Shown piece after piece: positions 14,885 to 25,089 of a DNA stretch of 28,340 bases. Made by a program: the position numbers and the translations under genes. Below the pieces are notes generated by a model. That model was not told the origin of the DNA and did no database searches. It was given only the letters and a program-made list of their open reading frames with translations. The stretch spans positions 1 through 28,340 of IMG/VR virus record IMGVR_UViG_3300011971_000007. The stretch is one strand, 5' to 3'. Numbering within the stretch: position 1 is the stretch's first letter; every line of letters begins with the position of its first letter. This DNA comes from a virus (Duplodnaviria > Caudoviricetes).

Positions 14885-15316
14885 ATGGCTTGGACATACA
14901 GTGGAGATCCAGCTAGTAGCATCCTTGACAAGGTTAGATTCCTTACTGGTGATACGGATACTAATGATCAGCTACTACAGGATGCTGAGATATTATCCGT
15001 AATCGCTATTGAAGCTAATGAGATAGCTGCTGCTGCAGGTTGCTGTGAGGTATTAGCCACTAAGTTCTCACGTAAGTGCGACAGAAAACTAGGAAGGATT
15101 ATGTATCTCTTTGCATCCCAGCAGTACGCTAACTACGAAGCTCAATCAGTCAAGCTTAGACGAATGGCGTGCCAGTTTAATGCGCCTTCGGCCGGTGGTC
15201 TATCTATTGGTAGCGAAATTGCGCTCGCTAATGACCTAGATAGGAAGCAACCTGTATTTAGTCGAGACATGATGGCAGCGAAACCTTTAATTTACCCAAG
15301 AGATATCACGGAGTAG
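14885..15316 (+). CDS. Head-tail adaptor/connector
   Basis: MAWTYSGDP..DKVRFLTGDT..LLQDAEI pattern and gene position. Confidence 0.7.
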   Translation: MAWTYSGDPASSILDKVRFLTGDTDTNDQLLQDAEILSVIAIEANEIAAAAGCCEVLATKFSRKCDRKLGRIMYLFASQQYANYEAQSVKLRRMACQFNAPSAGGLSIGSEIALANDLDRKQPVFSRDMMAAKPLIYPRDITE

Positions 15317-15324
15317 GTGTATAA

Positions 15325-15636
15325 ATGGACGCTGGCTTTAAGGAATGGCTAAATACTGTAGTACAGATTCAGCCATATATATCCCAGGATGGTGCAGGAG
15401 ATCCCACTTTTGGAACCTCCTTCAACCTCAATTGTTACAGTGAGGGAAGCTCTAGGTTAATAGTTAATGCAGCAGGTGAGGAAGTATTATCCACTCAAGT
15501 GCTGTACTTTGATGGTTCTGCTTTGATACACCTAAAGGATTACATTACCTTAGGAGTACTTCAGTATCCTATCCTACAAGCCATACCCTATCTTAATGAG
15601 CGTGGGGTTATAGAGATGGTGGAGGTATTTTTATGA
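15325..15636 (+). CDS. Head closure (stopper) protein
   Basis: About 100 aa, beta-rich, with DGAGDPTF..GEEVLS; gene position. Confidence 0.65.
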   Translation: MDAGFKEWLNTVVQIQPYISQDGAGDPTFGTSFNLNCYSEGSSRLIVNAAGEEVLSTQVLYFDGSALIHLKDYITLGVLQYPILQAIPYLNERGVIEMVEVFL

Positions 15637-16058
15637 TGGAGACCGACTTGGAGTTAACCTTTGATATGACTTCTTTATTAACTCTTGAAGAGGTGCTTAC
15701 GCTGAAATTGCGTACCGCCCAAACTGAAGGAGGTATCTCAGTACTGCAGCAAGCAGAAGCTATTATGGCAGATAGTCAGGCACAAGTACCTGAAGATACT
15801 GGCACTCTAGCAGCTGCTGGATTTGTAGACTCAGAAAACCTCGGAGGTGATCCTACAGTACGAATTGGGTATGATGGAACCTTTCTGAATCCTAAGACAG
15901 GTGAGCTGGTGTCTGAGTATATTATGCCAGTTCATGAACGATTAGACGTGATGCATCCAAAGGGCAATGCTAAGTTTTTTGAAAATCCAGTAATACAGTA
16001 TGCCCCTAAGTTTGAGCCCACGTTAGCAAGCATAATAGCTAAAGCTTTAATGGGATAA
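15633..16058 (+). CDS. HK97 gp10-like neck/tail-completion protein
   Basis: VPEDTGTL..Y..VHE..AKFFENP motif. Confidence 0.75.
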   Translation: MMETDLELTFDMTSLLTLEEVLTLKLRTAQTEGGISVLQQAEAIMADSQAQVPEDTGTLAAAGFVDSENLGGDPTVRIGYDGTFLNPKTGELVSEYIMPVHERLDVMHPKGNAKFFENPVIQYAPKFEPTLASIIAKALMG

Positions 16059-16075
16059 GAGAGGAGGAACTTTAC

Positions 16076-16481
16076 TTGTCTGATCTGCTTAGGGACATTG
16101 AGCAACAACTAATAACTAAAGGACTTGCTATTGCTGATGGAGATGACTTATTCAGAGATAAAGTTCCAGATTCTCCCTAATAGCATTATTGTGTTATCTG
16201 AGTATGGAGGAGCTCCAAGAACTTTTGGAGTAGAAGTCTCTGATCGATCTGTGCAGATTATAGTACGTAGATCGACGTACTCAGCAGCAAAGGCTGCTAG
16301 TTGGGCTGTTTTTGAAGCTTTAGTTATTCCTGATGATCCAATTCAGAATCTTACAGCTACTAGGTGGGGTATAGTAAGTGCTAGATCCACACCCATTAAG
16401 TTGTTGGAAGATGCACATACTCGAATATCCTTTGTTTTTAATCTAGGTATCACCAACATTAGGGGACTAAGAAGGGGGTAA
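16076..16481 (+). CDS. Tail terminator protein, with one apparent +1 insertion
   Basis: GAGGAGG RBS with TTG at 16076. Removing one C at 16175-16177 joins MSDLLRDIEQQL..PDSP to NSIIVLSEYGG..VQIIVR. Confidence 0.7.
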
Positions 16482-16485
16482 AATA

Positions 16486-17373
16486 ATGTCAGGAGTTCAA
16501 ATTGGTCTAAAAGATCTCTATTATGCCTTGCTTACAAATGACGTAGTGGGAGCAGTCACATATACTACACCTGTACGTGTTATTGGAGCTATTACAGCAG
16601 ACATCAATCCAAATGCATCCATTGATACACTGTTTGCTGATGATGGACCAATGGAAACAGCTGCTACATTGGGACAAATTACGTTAGACCTAACTGCTAG
16701 CGATATCCCGATCGACGTTCAAGCTATTTGGTTAGGGCACGATCAAGCAGGTGGAGTAATTCTTCGCAAGAGTAGCGACGTACCCCCATGGTTAGCAATT
16801 GGTTTCCGATCACTTAAATCTAATGGTCACTATAAGTATACCTGGCTTACCAAAGGTAAATTCTCGGTGCCAGAGCAAAAGAATGCTACCAAAGGAGATA
16901 AAGTGGCTTTTCAGCCGCCAACGATTAAAGGTAACTTCGTCAAAAGGGACGCAGATGATGTTTGGGAAAAATCAGCTGATGAAGACTCCCTAAACTACAC
17001 TACCTCCATTGGGACTAATTGGTTTACCACAGTTGAGGGTACTGCTGATCTCACTCCTCCGTCAGTATTGCTTGTTCTACCTGCTGATGCTGCAGCTGCT
17101 GTATCTGTTACTTCTACTTTCGCTTGGACTTTCAGTGAAGCTATTCTTGCTCAGGACGTTAACAAGGATAATTTCTTTGTATTCGCTGACACAACCAAGA
17201 CTGTGGTGGATGGGACTCTAGCTACTAATGCTGATCGCACAGTTATCACCTTCACTCCAGCAGCTAATTTGACTGCTGCTAATAAGTACTGGGCTGCCGC
17301 TGCTACTGGTATCCATGATTTGTCTGGTAATTCTATGCTTGCAGCTAAGTTGACCTCCTTTACGACTGCTTAA
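16486..17373 (+). CDS. Major tail protein (phi13-like) with a C-terminal Ig-like domain
   Basis: IGLKDLYYA, LFADDG, LAIGFRSLKSNG and WLTKGKF motifs. The C-terminus DLTPPSV..TFSE..TFTP..L..Y..DLSGN..SFTT is Big_5-like. Confidence 0.9.
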   Translation: MSGVQIGLKDLYYALLTNDVVGAVTYTTPVRVIGAITADINPNASIDTLFADDGPMETAATLGQITLDLTASDIPIDVQAIWLGHDQAGGVILRKSSDVPPWLAIGFRSLKSNGHYKYTWLTKGKFSVPEQKNATKGDKVAFQPPTIKGNFVKRDADDVWEKSADEDSLNYTTSIGTNWFTTVEGTADLTPPSVLLVLPADAAAAVSVTSTFAWTFSEAILAQDVNKDNFFVFADTTKTVVDGTLATNADRTVITFTPAANLTAANKYWAAAATGIHDLSGNSMLAAKLTSFTTA

Positions 17374-17423
17374 TTCGTTAAGCAGTCCCTCCCCTTAATA
17401 ATAACGATGAAAGGGACGATAGC

Positions 17424-17792
17424 ATGAGTAATATACAAACAGTTCGAAATCAAGGAACTCCAATAATGCTAGATAAGCCACGAATCCTTAAGTTTGATCT
17501 GAATTCTTTCGCTGAGCTTGAGGAGTTATTTGGCTCAATCGACCTAGCTATGAAGGCTTTAGAAAAGGGTACGATTAAAGGTATACGAACACTACTACGC
17601 TGTGGATTAATGCATGAGGAGGAAACTCTAACTGATAAGAAGGTAGGATCTATTGTTGGTTTAACAGATCTGCAGGATCTGTCAGAAAAGATTACTATCG
17701 CTATGACCGCTTCACTTCCACCAGTAGTTACAAAAGCAACAAAGGCTGATATTGCAGGTGAAGAGCCGGGAAACTCTCAACCGTCACAATAG
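17424..17792 (+). CDS. Tail assembly chaperone (gpG-like)
   Basis: LDKPRILKFDLNSFAELEE motif, lying between the major tail and tape measure genes. Confidence 0.8.
   Translation: MSNIQTVRNQGTPIMLDKPRILKFDLNSFAELEELFGSIDLAMKALEKGTIKGIRTLLRCGLMHEEETLTDKKVGSIVGLTDLQDLSEKITIAMTASLPPVVTKATKADIAGEEPGNSQPSQ
17768..17774 (+). other. Programmed -1 ribosomal frameshift site
   Basis: G-GGA-AAC fits X-XXY-YYZ in the chaperone frame, and the -1 frame is open into 17798..18010. Confidence 0.8.
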
Positions 17793-17797
17793 ACAGT

Positions 17798-18010
17798 ATG
17801 CCTGTTGATGACGGATGGGATTGGATTTGGTTATACTATGCAGGGACAGTTATATTGCATATGTCCGATTATACCTTTTGGAGATGCTCACCACGACTTT
17901 TAGCTGCACTCACTAAAGCATATAATGAAGCTAACGGAGCCACTAAAGGTGAGAAGAAAAAGATTGAGTCAGAAGTACCTACCGGATTTATTGACCAGGT
18001 ACTATTTTAG
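17798..18010 (+). CDS. gpT-like C-terminal part of the frameshifted chaperone
   Basis: LHMSDYTFWRCSPRLL pattern, no RBS of its own, and in the -1 frame from the slippery site. Confidence 0.75.
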   Translation: MPVDDGWDWIWLYYAGTVILHMSDYTFWRCSPRLLAALTKAYNEANGATKGEKKKIESEVPTGFIDQVLF

Positions 18011-18024
18011 GGGAGGGATGAAAG

Positions 18025-21000
18025 ATGAGTACTCAAGTTGCTGACTTATTTGCAGACCTCTCCCTACGTACCACACAGTTCTCAGCAGGCCTAAATGCTG
18101 CTGTTGCTAGTGCCCGGATGGCAGGCTCCTCTATGTCGACAGCTTTTCGCTCTCCTGCTGGTGCCTTTAGTGAGGTAGATAATGCCGCACGGAGTATGAG
18201 TGGTAATGTTAAGGGATATATGAAGGATGTAAGTCGTATTGTTGGTGGTATCCTAGTATCTCAAGCTTTTTATGGCATTATTAGTGCCATTAAAGAAGCC
18301 ACTAGCTCAGTTGTAGAATTTAGTATGTCTATGGAGCAGGCACAAACAGCCTTTACCTTTATGATGGGCAGTGCAACAGAAGCTAATACGTTCCTAACGA
18401 AAATGTAGGGATTTAGCTGCAGTAACTCCTTTTCGAATGGATGATGTCACCACTGGTGCTAGACGCTTAATGGCTATGGGCTTTGAGGCAGAAAATGTAA
18501 TTCCTATCATGCGAGACTTGGCTGATGTAATGGCTTTAAGTGGTAATCAAAATCCTCAACTTTTATCTCGTATGACAATCACTTTGGGCCAAATTAAAAA
18601 CTCGAGTAAGGTATCTGCTAGGGAAATTAGGGAACTAACTTTAGCTGGAGTTCCGGCTAATCAGATATTGCAGGAAGAGTTAGGCCTAACGGCCAAGCAA
18701 GTCCAAAACATTGGTAAAGAGGCGATTTCTGGAGGAGTTGCACTTAAAGCTTTACTAACAGGTATTGAGAAGCGTTATGGAGGTGCTGCCGCTCAGATCG
18801 CTACCACTACTGGAGGTATGCTTGCTACAATTAAGGATGATTTTCTGTTTTTGGGCTCAGATATCATTGCAGCTCCTATGGCAAATTTTAAAAAGCACTT
18901 AACCACAATTACAGCAGCAATGGAAACCATGCGAAAAGGATTTAATGCAACAGGTATGGGAGGTTTAATAAATTCTATATTCCCTCCAGAGCTGCAAACA
19001 ACAGCACGCATAGTGATCGCCAGCTTAGGAAGTATTTGGAGTAGTGTTAAGCGTCTTGTTACTGCTTTTGGACCAGCTGTAAGTGCAATTAATGAGTTTG
19101 TATTTAGGGGATTAGCTATAGCCTTACCAGTTATGGCAGCAGTTGCTAAAGCCTTCTCAGAAGTGGCTTATGCTGCTACACACAGTAGTCCTTTAATCAA
19201 AGCATTAGCTACAGCATTATTAAGCTTATTAGGTGCTGGAGCCGCAATTGGAATGATTTTACATCTATCTTGGGCCATAAGGGTTCTTGGTATAGCTCAA
19301 GCTGTTTCTGGAGCTGTGAGACTACTAGCTGCTGCTATTAGAATAACTGTACTTAGCTATGGTAGAAAATCCTGTAACTGCAGTTATCGTACTTATATCT
19401 GCAGCTTTGATTGGTTTAGCAATGTCCTCTGCCACTGTTAGTGCTTGGTTAGATAAAGTGATGCAGCAGATGACCGGAATTATGGGAATGGACACTAGTG
19501 GTTTAGTCCCAACTAACACTGCTGATCTGCAGGCTCAGCAGGATGCTTATAATAAGAGTCTTACTGATTCTGCTACTGCTATGGATGGGGTAGGAGATTC
19601 TGCTGATTCTGCAGCTAAAAAGACTAAAAAGCTGAATGATATTATGTCATTTGACCAAGTGCATCAATTACAAGATCCTGCTGATACAGGGTCTGGCGCT
19701 GGTAGTGGTGGTTCTTCTCTGCCTGTTCCTACCATCCCAAATGTAAAGATTCCTACGTTCAATATCCCTACACCTACAGGACCCACAGTTATACCACCTC
19801 CAGTTATTCCACCTCCCGTCATACCGCCTCCCATACTTCCAATTATGCCTGTTCTGCCAGTTCTGTACTTTCCGGTTCCTATTATTCCATCTCCTTTAGT
19901 ACCACTTTTACCTAATCTAGATCCAGAGCCAGGTAACGTGTTGGAGAAAGTAAAAGAGAAGATTAGAGGTTGGGCAGGAGAAGCAGGTCAAATTCTTGAG
20001 AATTGGCGTAATGCAGGTACCCAAACAGTAGAAGGTTGGGTTGGAGACTTTAACCAGATATTGGATGGTTGGTGGGTAAATGGAGTAAAATCAATTAGTA
20101 GTTGGGCTGTAGGAGCAGGTGCTGCCTTAGGTGGTGGATTAGACGCAATGAGTAAATCCATCAGTGACTGGGTGGTAGGTACAGGCTCAACTCTGAATAG
20201 TGGCTTAGATGCTATGAATAAGTCTATAAGCACTTGGGGAGTTGTAGCATTAGCATCTTTAGCATTAGGATTAGATGGTATGTGGAAAAGTATATCAGGC
20301 TGGTCTGGTAAATCGCTGCAGACTGTTAACACCTTCTTTACTAATGCTGAATTAGCCTTTAATACTGGATTAGGTACCCTTACGAGTACTATTAACTTAT
20401 GGGTAAGCGACACTGAAGCCACATTTGAGGGTTGGTCAAGAGCAATACAGTTGACTTTTACCACTTGGGCAACTGCTGTTGAGCTAACTTTAACTGGTTG
20501 GGTTACTGCTATTAAACTAACCATCAGTGGCTGGGTAAGTGATATCGAGCTAGCTTTTAGTGGTTGGTCTATAAAGGTGCAATCAATATTCACCACTTGG
20601 GTTAGTAGTGTGGAGTTAGCCATAAGTGGTTGGGTTACAAGTTTTCAAAATGCTGTGAGTGGAGCTATAAAAGTAGTCAAAGACTTCTTTACTAGCGGAA
20701 TGGCAGAAACCTTAGCCATAGTTGTAGCGGCTATAGCAGCCATAGTTTTAGCCTTTGTACTCTTACCTGAAACTTTAGTAGCTGGAGCTTTTGCCGCCTT
20801 ATTATTGGTAGTCACCACAGCTTTTGGGAAAGTAAAGACTGCAGCAGCTGCAGAAACAGATAAAGCTACTTCCTCAGTAACCACTAAGTACAAGGACCTA
20901 AATGATTCTCTAGGAACTGTTTGGGATGCTCTTAACACAATGTCCGGTGGTAAATGGGGTGCTATCACAAACACTATTAAGTCTGCAGTAAATGGAATAT

Positions 21001-21422
21001 TGGGGATCATTAACCAGTTTATTTATGCATGGGATAAGATTGAGCTAACAGTCCCTACAATTACACTACCCTTAGGTGCAGGTACTGTGGGTGGATGGAC
21101 AGTCCATATGCCTATGATTACTCCAATCCCCTATCTAGCTGCTGGAGCAGTTGTACAGAAAGATCAGATTGTGCGTGTCGCTGAAGCAGGTAGTGCAGAA
21201 GGAGTTATCCCTTTAAGCGGAGGTGGAGCATCCATAGTCGCTAACGCTCTCGCAGATGCCATAGCTGCTCGATTAGCTCCTTCTTTAGCAAATGGCAGTG
21301 GAAGTGGTAGTGGAGACATTTACCAAATAGGAGTACTTGTCGCAGACCCGCTCGGTTTAAAAGAGCTTGAACGGCGAATGAGTAAGATCAGAAACGATGA
21401 GAGGAGGCGTATTCATGGCTAA
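18025..21422 (+). CDS. Tape measure protein, split by two apparent +1 insertions
   Basis: Removing one base near 18406 and one near 19345 joins three ORFs. It has a tape-measure motif (LAAVTPF..VTTGARRLMAMGF), hydrophobic helices and periodic Trp repeats. Confidence 0.9.
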
Positions 21423-21768
21423 TGTAACTATTGATGGTTTTCTCCTGAAGACGCCTTCTACTATATCGTATGGGACCTACAGAATCTCTAAATCAGGTAG
21501 ACTTGCTTCTGGCTTAATGACTATGGATATTATTGCTATAAAGAGGCGTATCGATCTTGTATGGAATTCCTTATCTGGAGCTCATCTGAGTGATATTATA
21601 GCTATGCTAGACGCTAAGACTTTCTACACTATCACATTTCCAGATTCTAAAGTAGCTGGTGGGATTGCAACTATGACTGCCTATGTTGGTGACGTTAATC
21701 TGGATTTATTCCGAAGTGATGGTAGTCGAATTTGGAAAGATGTTAAATTACCATTTATAGAGCAGTAG
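21415..21768 (+). CDS. Putative distal-tail/tail tip protein
   Basis: The GAGGAGG RBS sets ATG 21415. GRLASGLMTMDIIAIKRRI..YVGD..F.EQ, immediately after the tape measure gene. Confidence 0.65.
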   Translation: MANVTIDGFLLKTPSTISYGTYRISKSGRLASGLMTMDIIAIKRRIDLVWNSLSGAHLSDIIAMLDAKTFYTITFPDSKVAGGIATMTAYVGDVNLDLFRSDGSRIWKDVKLPFIEQ

Positions 21769-21789
21769 AAGAATAGGAGGTTAGGAATT

Positions 21790-21970
21790 ATGTCAAGGGA
21801 GACACATAGAGTAACTGTTACTGAGAAAAGTCGCATCTTTAAGTTTGCTGAAGGGGCTGATCCAACTAAAGATGAGCCTTATGAAATTTCAGAGTTTGAG
21901 ACAGTGCATACTGGAGATGCTGCCAATTGCATTACTAGAAAATTTAAGTAAGCAGGAAGGGGGAAGCTAA
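21790..21970 (+). CDS. Small hypothetical protein (not in the ORF track; end 21951 or 21970)
   Basis: AGGAGG RBS; begins MSRETHRVTVTEKSRIFKFAEGADPTKDEPYE. It stops at 21951 as written, or at 21970 if one A near 21925 is an insertion. Confidence 0.55.
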
Positions 21971-21971
21971 C

Positions 21972-22356
21972 ATGCCTTTAACTACTGTTGGAAGAAATTG
22001 GCTAGCTGCTATAGCTACTGGAGCAGATACAGTAAATCTTAATAATGCTAATGCTAAGACAGCTGTGGGGCGATAGCACTACTGCTTTTTCTATAGATCA
22101 AGTAGATTTGCAGGCAGCTAGCAATAAGATTAGAAAGGCTATGGATGCTGGATATCCCATGACATCTGCAAATGTTATAACACTTCAATCTACCTACGCT
22201 AGTACAGAAGCAAACTTTCCATGGCAAGAGTGGGGCATAATGAACGCAGCAGTAGCTGGTGTTATGCTTAACAGAAAGGTAGAGTATAATGGCACTAAGC
22301 TAGCTGGTCAGGTATGGATATTTCAGACGCAGCTAACCGTCAATATTGGCTCTTAA
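21972..22356 (+). CDS. Minor tail/baseplate protein, with one apparent +1 insertion
   Basis: MPLTTVGRNWLA..AVG joins DSTTAF..EANFPWQEWGI..MLNRKV on removing one G at 22067-22070. Confidence 0.7.
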
Positions 22357-22397
22357 ATTATGCTACAGCTACAAAATTGTGAAGGGAGAGTTGACTT

Positions 22398-25073
22398 ATG
22401 ACTTCTGTTGTAGTAAGTGAGGCAGGAAATCGCTCACAAGCAATGCAACTTATAGATGGCCTTACAGCGCCTACCCGTAAGTGGCTCTCTCTGCAGGGTA
22501 GCACACTAGATGGATCCTTTCACCCCATCGATGGAACTGGAGCAATGCAGATTGGTTGGTGGGGCACTACTCTATCTGATGTAACTGGCATACTAGCTGC
22601 TGCACCAACAATAACAGCCACACTTGATCAAGTTATCTCGACTAGCTCCATGCAGATATTTGGAGACTCTCTACTTAATGAGTATCCTGTAGACTTCACT
22701 ATTAAACTGTATGATGCCTCTGATATATTACTACTTACAGATGTAGTTACTGGCAATACGCAAATAAACTGTATACGAAGCTATCCTTCTACCTATACTA
22801 TAAAGAAGTATATCATTACTGTAACTAGAGTAAATAAGGCTGCTAGATCAGTTAAACTACTTGAGGGAAGTACTTATGGCTTAATTATTCGATCAGACTC
22901 ACTCACAGTGCAAACTACTGGAACTGCATTATACACAGCCTTCGGTTCTGCTGATCAGGCACTAATAGCTGTTACGGATAGGACACTATCTATAATTAAC
23001 CAGCTTAGTGCTAATGAAGTAGCTACCCTTAATTTAGTAGATACAGGAATACTCACTAACAACCTAAAATCGCCCGACGCAATCAATGCTTCGCTCACTG
23101 ATCTCACTCACTTGGTAACTGCAGAATTATTGCAAGTTGATGAGTTGTTGGTTAGCAGTAATGTTGAGGATATGCAGATTGTTGCTGATATCTATGATGT
23201 CGATCAGATTACTGTAAATGGTAGTGATTTATCCACCCCTACCAATATACATACAGTAGTAAACTCGCATGAGCGGCGGGTATATGGAAAAGTAGAAATA
23301 ACATACACTGATCCATTTACTGATCAGACTATAGTGGGAAGTGCCAATGAGACTCAGCAATATACTGATCCAAATCAAACAGCTGATAATGTAACTAAGA
23401 CTCCTTATCGATGGTTTACCCTCTATGACAATAAGTTAGATGGTTTAAGTCATCCTATGGATAGTTCTTTGTTTGCTGAAGTTGGTTGGTGGAGTAGGAG
23501 TTTATCAGACGCAGATGGTAACTTTACTACCTCTCCACAATTAACTATGTCTTTTGATCCTAGAGGGATAGTAAGCCTTAATGTAGTTGGTGAGGACAGG
23601 TCAAATGTCTTCCCAGTAGACTTCAACATATCGTGCTACAGTGCAACTAGTGAACTTCTTAGATCCCAGGAGGTTGTGGGTAACGATCAGATAACTTGGA
23701 AGATGGACTTGTCAGATAATCCAGTTAGTTTGTGTACTCAAATGGTACTTACAGTTCACAAGATCAATAAACCTCTCTATCAGTGTCGTATCTTAGAATT
23801 TATAACCTCCATAGTGCAGACATACACTGGTGATGATAGGGTAGTCGCTATGCACTTACTTGAAGAGCGAGATATCACTGAGGGATCCTTACCTGTTGGC
23901 AATATTACCTCTAATGAGTTAGACATAACTCTAAATAACACTGATAGGTACTTTGATCCTGCCAATGGCTCACCCATAAGTACACTACTAAAGCCTAATC
24001 GGCGCATTAAAGCTTGGTTTGGAGCTGAAGTTGTACCTGATGTGATAGAATGGCATCAATTAGGAATATTTTGGACTACTGCTTGGTCTTCACCTAAGCA
24101 GGATGTCACCACTATTGTAACTGCTAGAGATCGATTAAACTTAATGGCTCAAACTACCTATAGCACTAATATCCTTAAGTTTAATGTGTCTATGTATCAG
24201 CTAGCAGAAGATGTGATGCAGGATTTTGGACTACTAAGTACTGAATATAGTATTAATGATAGCCTAAAAGATATGATAGTTCCTATAGCTTGGTTCGATA
24301 GTATGACTCATAGAGAGGCCCTGCGATTAATTGCTGAGGCAGCTTTAGCAGTAGTTTACTGCGACTCAGAGGCGGTTGTACAGATTGGTGAATCTAACAC
24401 TCCTCTATTTCCAATGACTAAGCTAGATGAGAATGTCAATGTGATAAACTGTGAAAATCCTCAAGACTGGACTCAGATTGTGAATGACGTCAGCATAAAC
24501 TGGAATCCTTTAGCCGCTGATACTGAACAAGAAGTTTTAGGAGCTACCTCGCTGCAAGTCAACTTAGATCCAGGTACATCTACCACTATGCAGTTGGCCT
24601 TTCAATCTAGTCCCTGCGCTAATGTAGGGCCTATCACCCTTACAGGTGGCAGCGACCTCACCCTTGGTAGCTATCAAATTTTTGCATGGGGGGTAGAAGT
24701 AACTATTATCAATTTGGGCAGTACTACTGAGATCCTTGACTCTGTGCTTGCCCTTGGCACTCCATATAAGGTAAGCAATTTTGTAGTTAACACTCAGGAT
24801 GTAGCTTCTATAAGAGCTCTAAGTAAGCTAACCTACTCACTTAGCAATCATCTAATCCAGTCACGTGAATTAGCAGCTAGTATAGCTAATAGACTGTTGA
24901 CCACCTATAGCGATCCACTTAGAAAGATCACACTAGCTACTCGCGGAGATATCGCTATTGAGTTAGGAGATAGAATAACCGTAGTTGATAGTGGAGTTGA
25001 TGGTATCCTGACTTCTCAAAAATATGCTTACGATGGAGCACTGTCAAGCACAATAGAACTCATTAAATTATAG
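22398..25073 (+). CDS. Large tail tip/hub protein with two copies of a beta-sandwich-like domain
   Basis: Repeated W..L....LDG..HP.D....GWW...LSD..G..PVDF.I..Y motif, then hub-like motifs LDITLNN.DRYFDP and IELGDRITV. Confidence 0.75.
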   Translation: MTSVVVSEAGNRSQAMQLIDGLTAPTRKWLSLQGSTLDGSFHPIDGTGAMQIGWWGTTLSDVTGILAAAPTITATLDQVISTSSMQIFGDSLLNEYPVDFTIKLYDASDILLLTDVVTGNTQINCIRSYPSTYTIKKYIITVTRVNKAARSVKLLEGSTYGLIIRSDSLTVQTTGTALYTAFGSADQALIAVTDRTLSIINQLSANEVATLNLVDTGILTNNLKSPDAINASLTDLTHLVTAELLQVDELLVSSNVEDMQIVADIYDVDQITVNGSDLSTPTNIHTVVNSHERRVYGKVEITYTDPFTDQTIVGSANETQQYTDPNQTADNVTKTPYRWFTLYDNKLDGLSHPMDSSLFAEVGWWSRSLSDADGNFTTSPQLTMSFDPRGIVSLNVVGEDRSNVFPVDFNISCYSATSELLRSQEVVGNDQITWKMDLSDNPVSLCTQMVLTVHKINKPLYQCRILEFITSIVQTYTGDDRVVAMHLLEERDITEGSLPVGNITSNELDITLNNTDRYFDPANGSPISTLLKPNRRIKAWFGAEVVPDVIEWHQLGIFWTTAWSSPKQDVTTIVTARDRLNLMAQTTYSTNILKFNVSMYQLAEDVMQDFGLLSTEYSINDSLKDMIVPIAWFDSMTHREALRLIAEAALAVVYCDSEAVVQIGESNTPLFPMTKLDENVNVINCENPQDWTQIVNDVSINWNPLAADTEQEVLGATSLQVNLDPGTSTTMQLAFQSSPCANVGPITLTGGSDLTLGSYQIFAWGVEVTIINLGSTTEILDSVLALGTPYKVSNFVVNTQDVASIRALSKLTYSLSNHLIQSRELAASIANRLLTTYSDPLRKITLATRGDIAIELGDRITVVDSGVDGILTSQKYAYDGALSSTIELIKL

Positions 25074-25089
25074 TAAGGAGGTTTACACT

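Noticed and set aside
10318-21422. Portal and tape measure fragments as separate genes or true pseudogenes
   Set aside because: Single-base removals restore continuous, motif-complete proteins with no other sign of decay.
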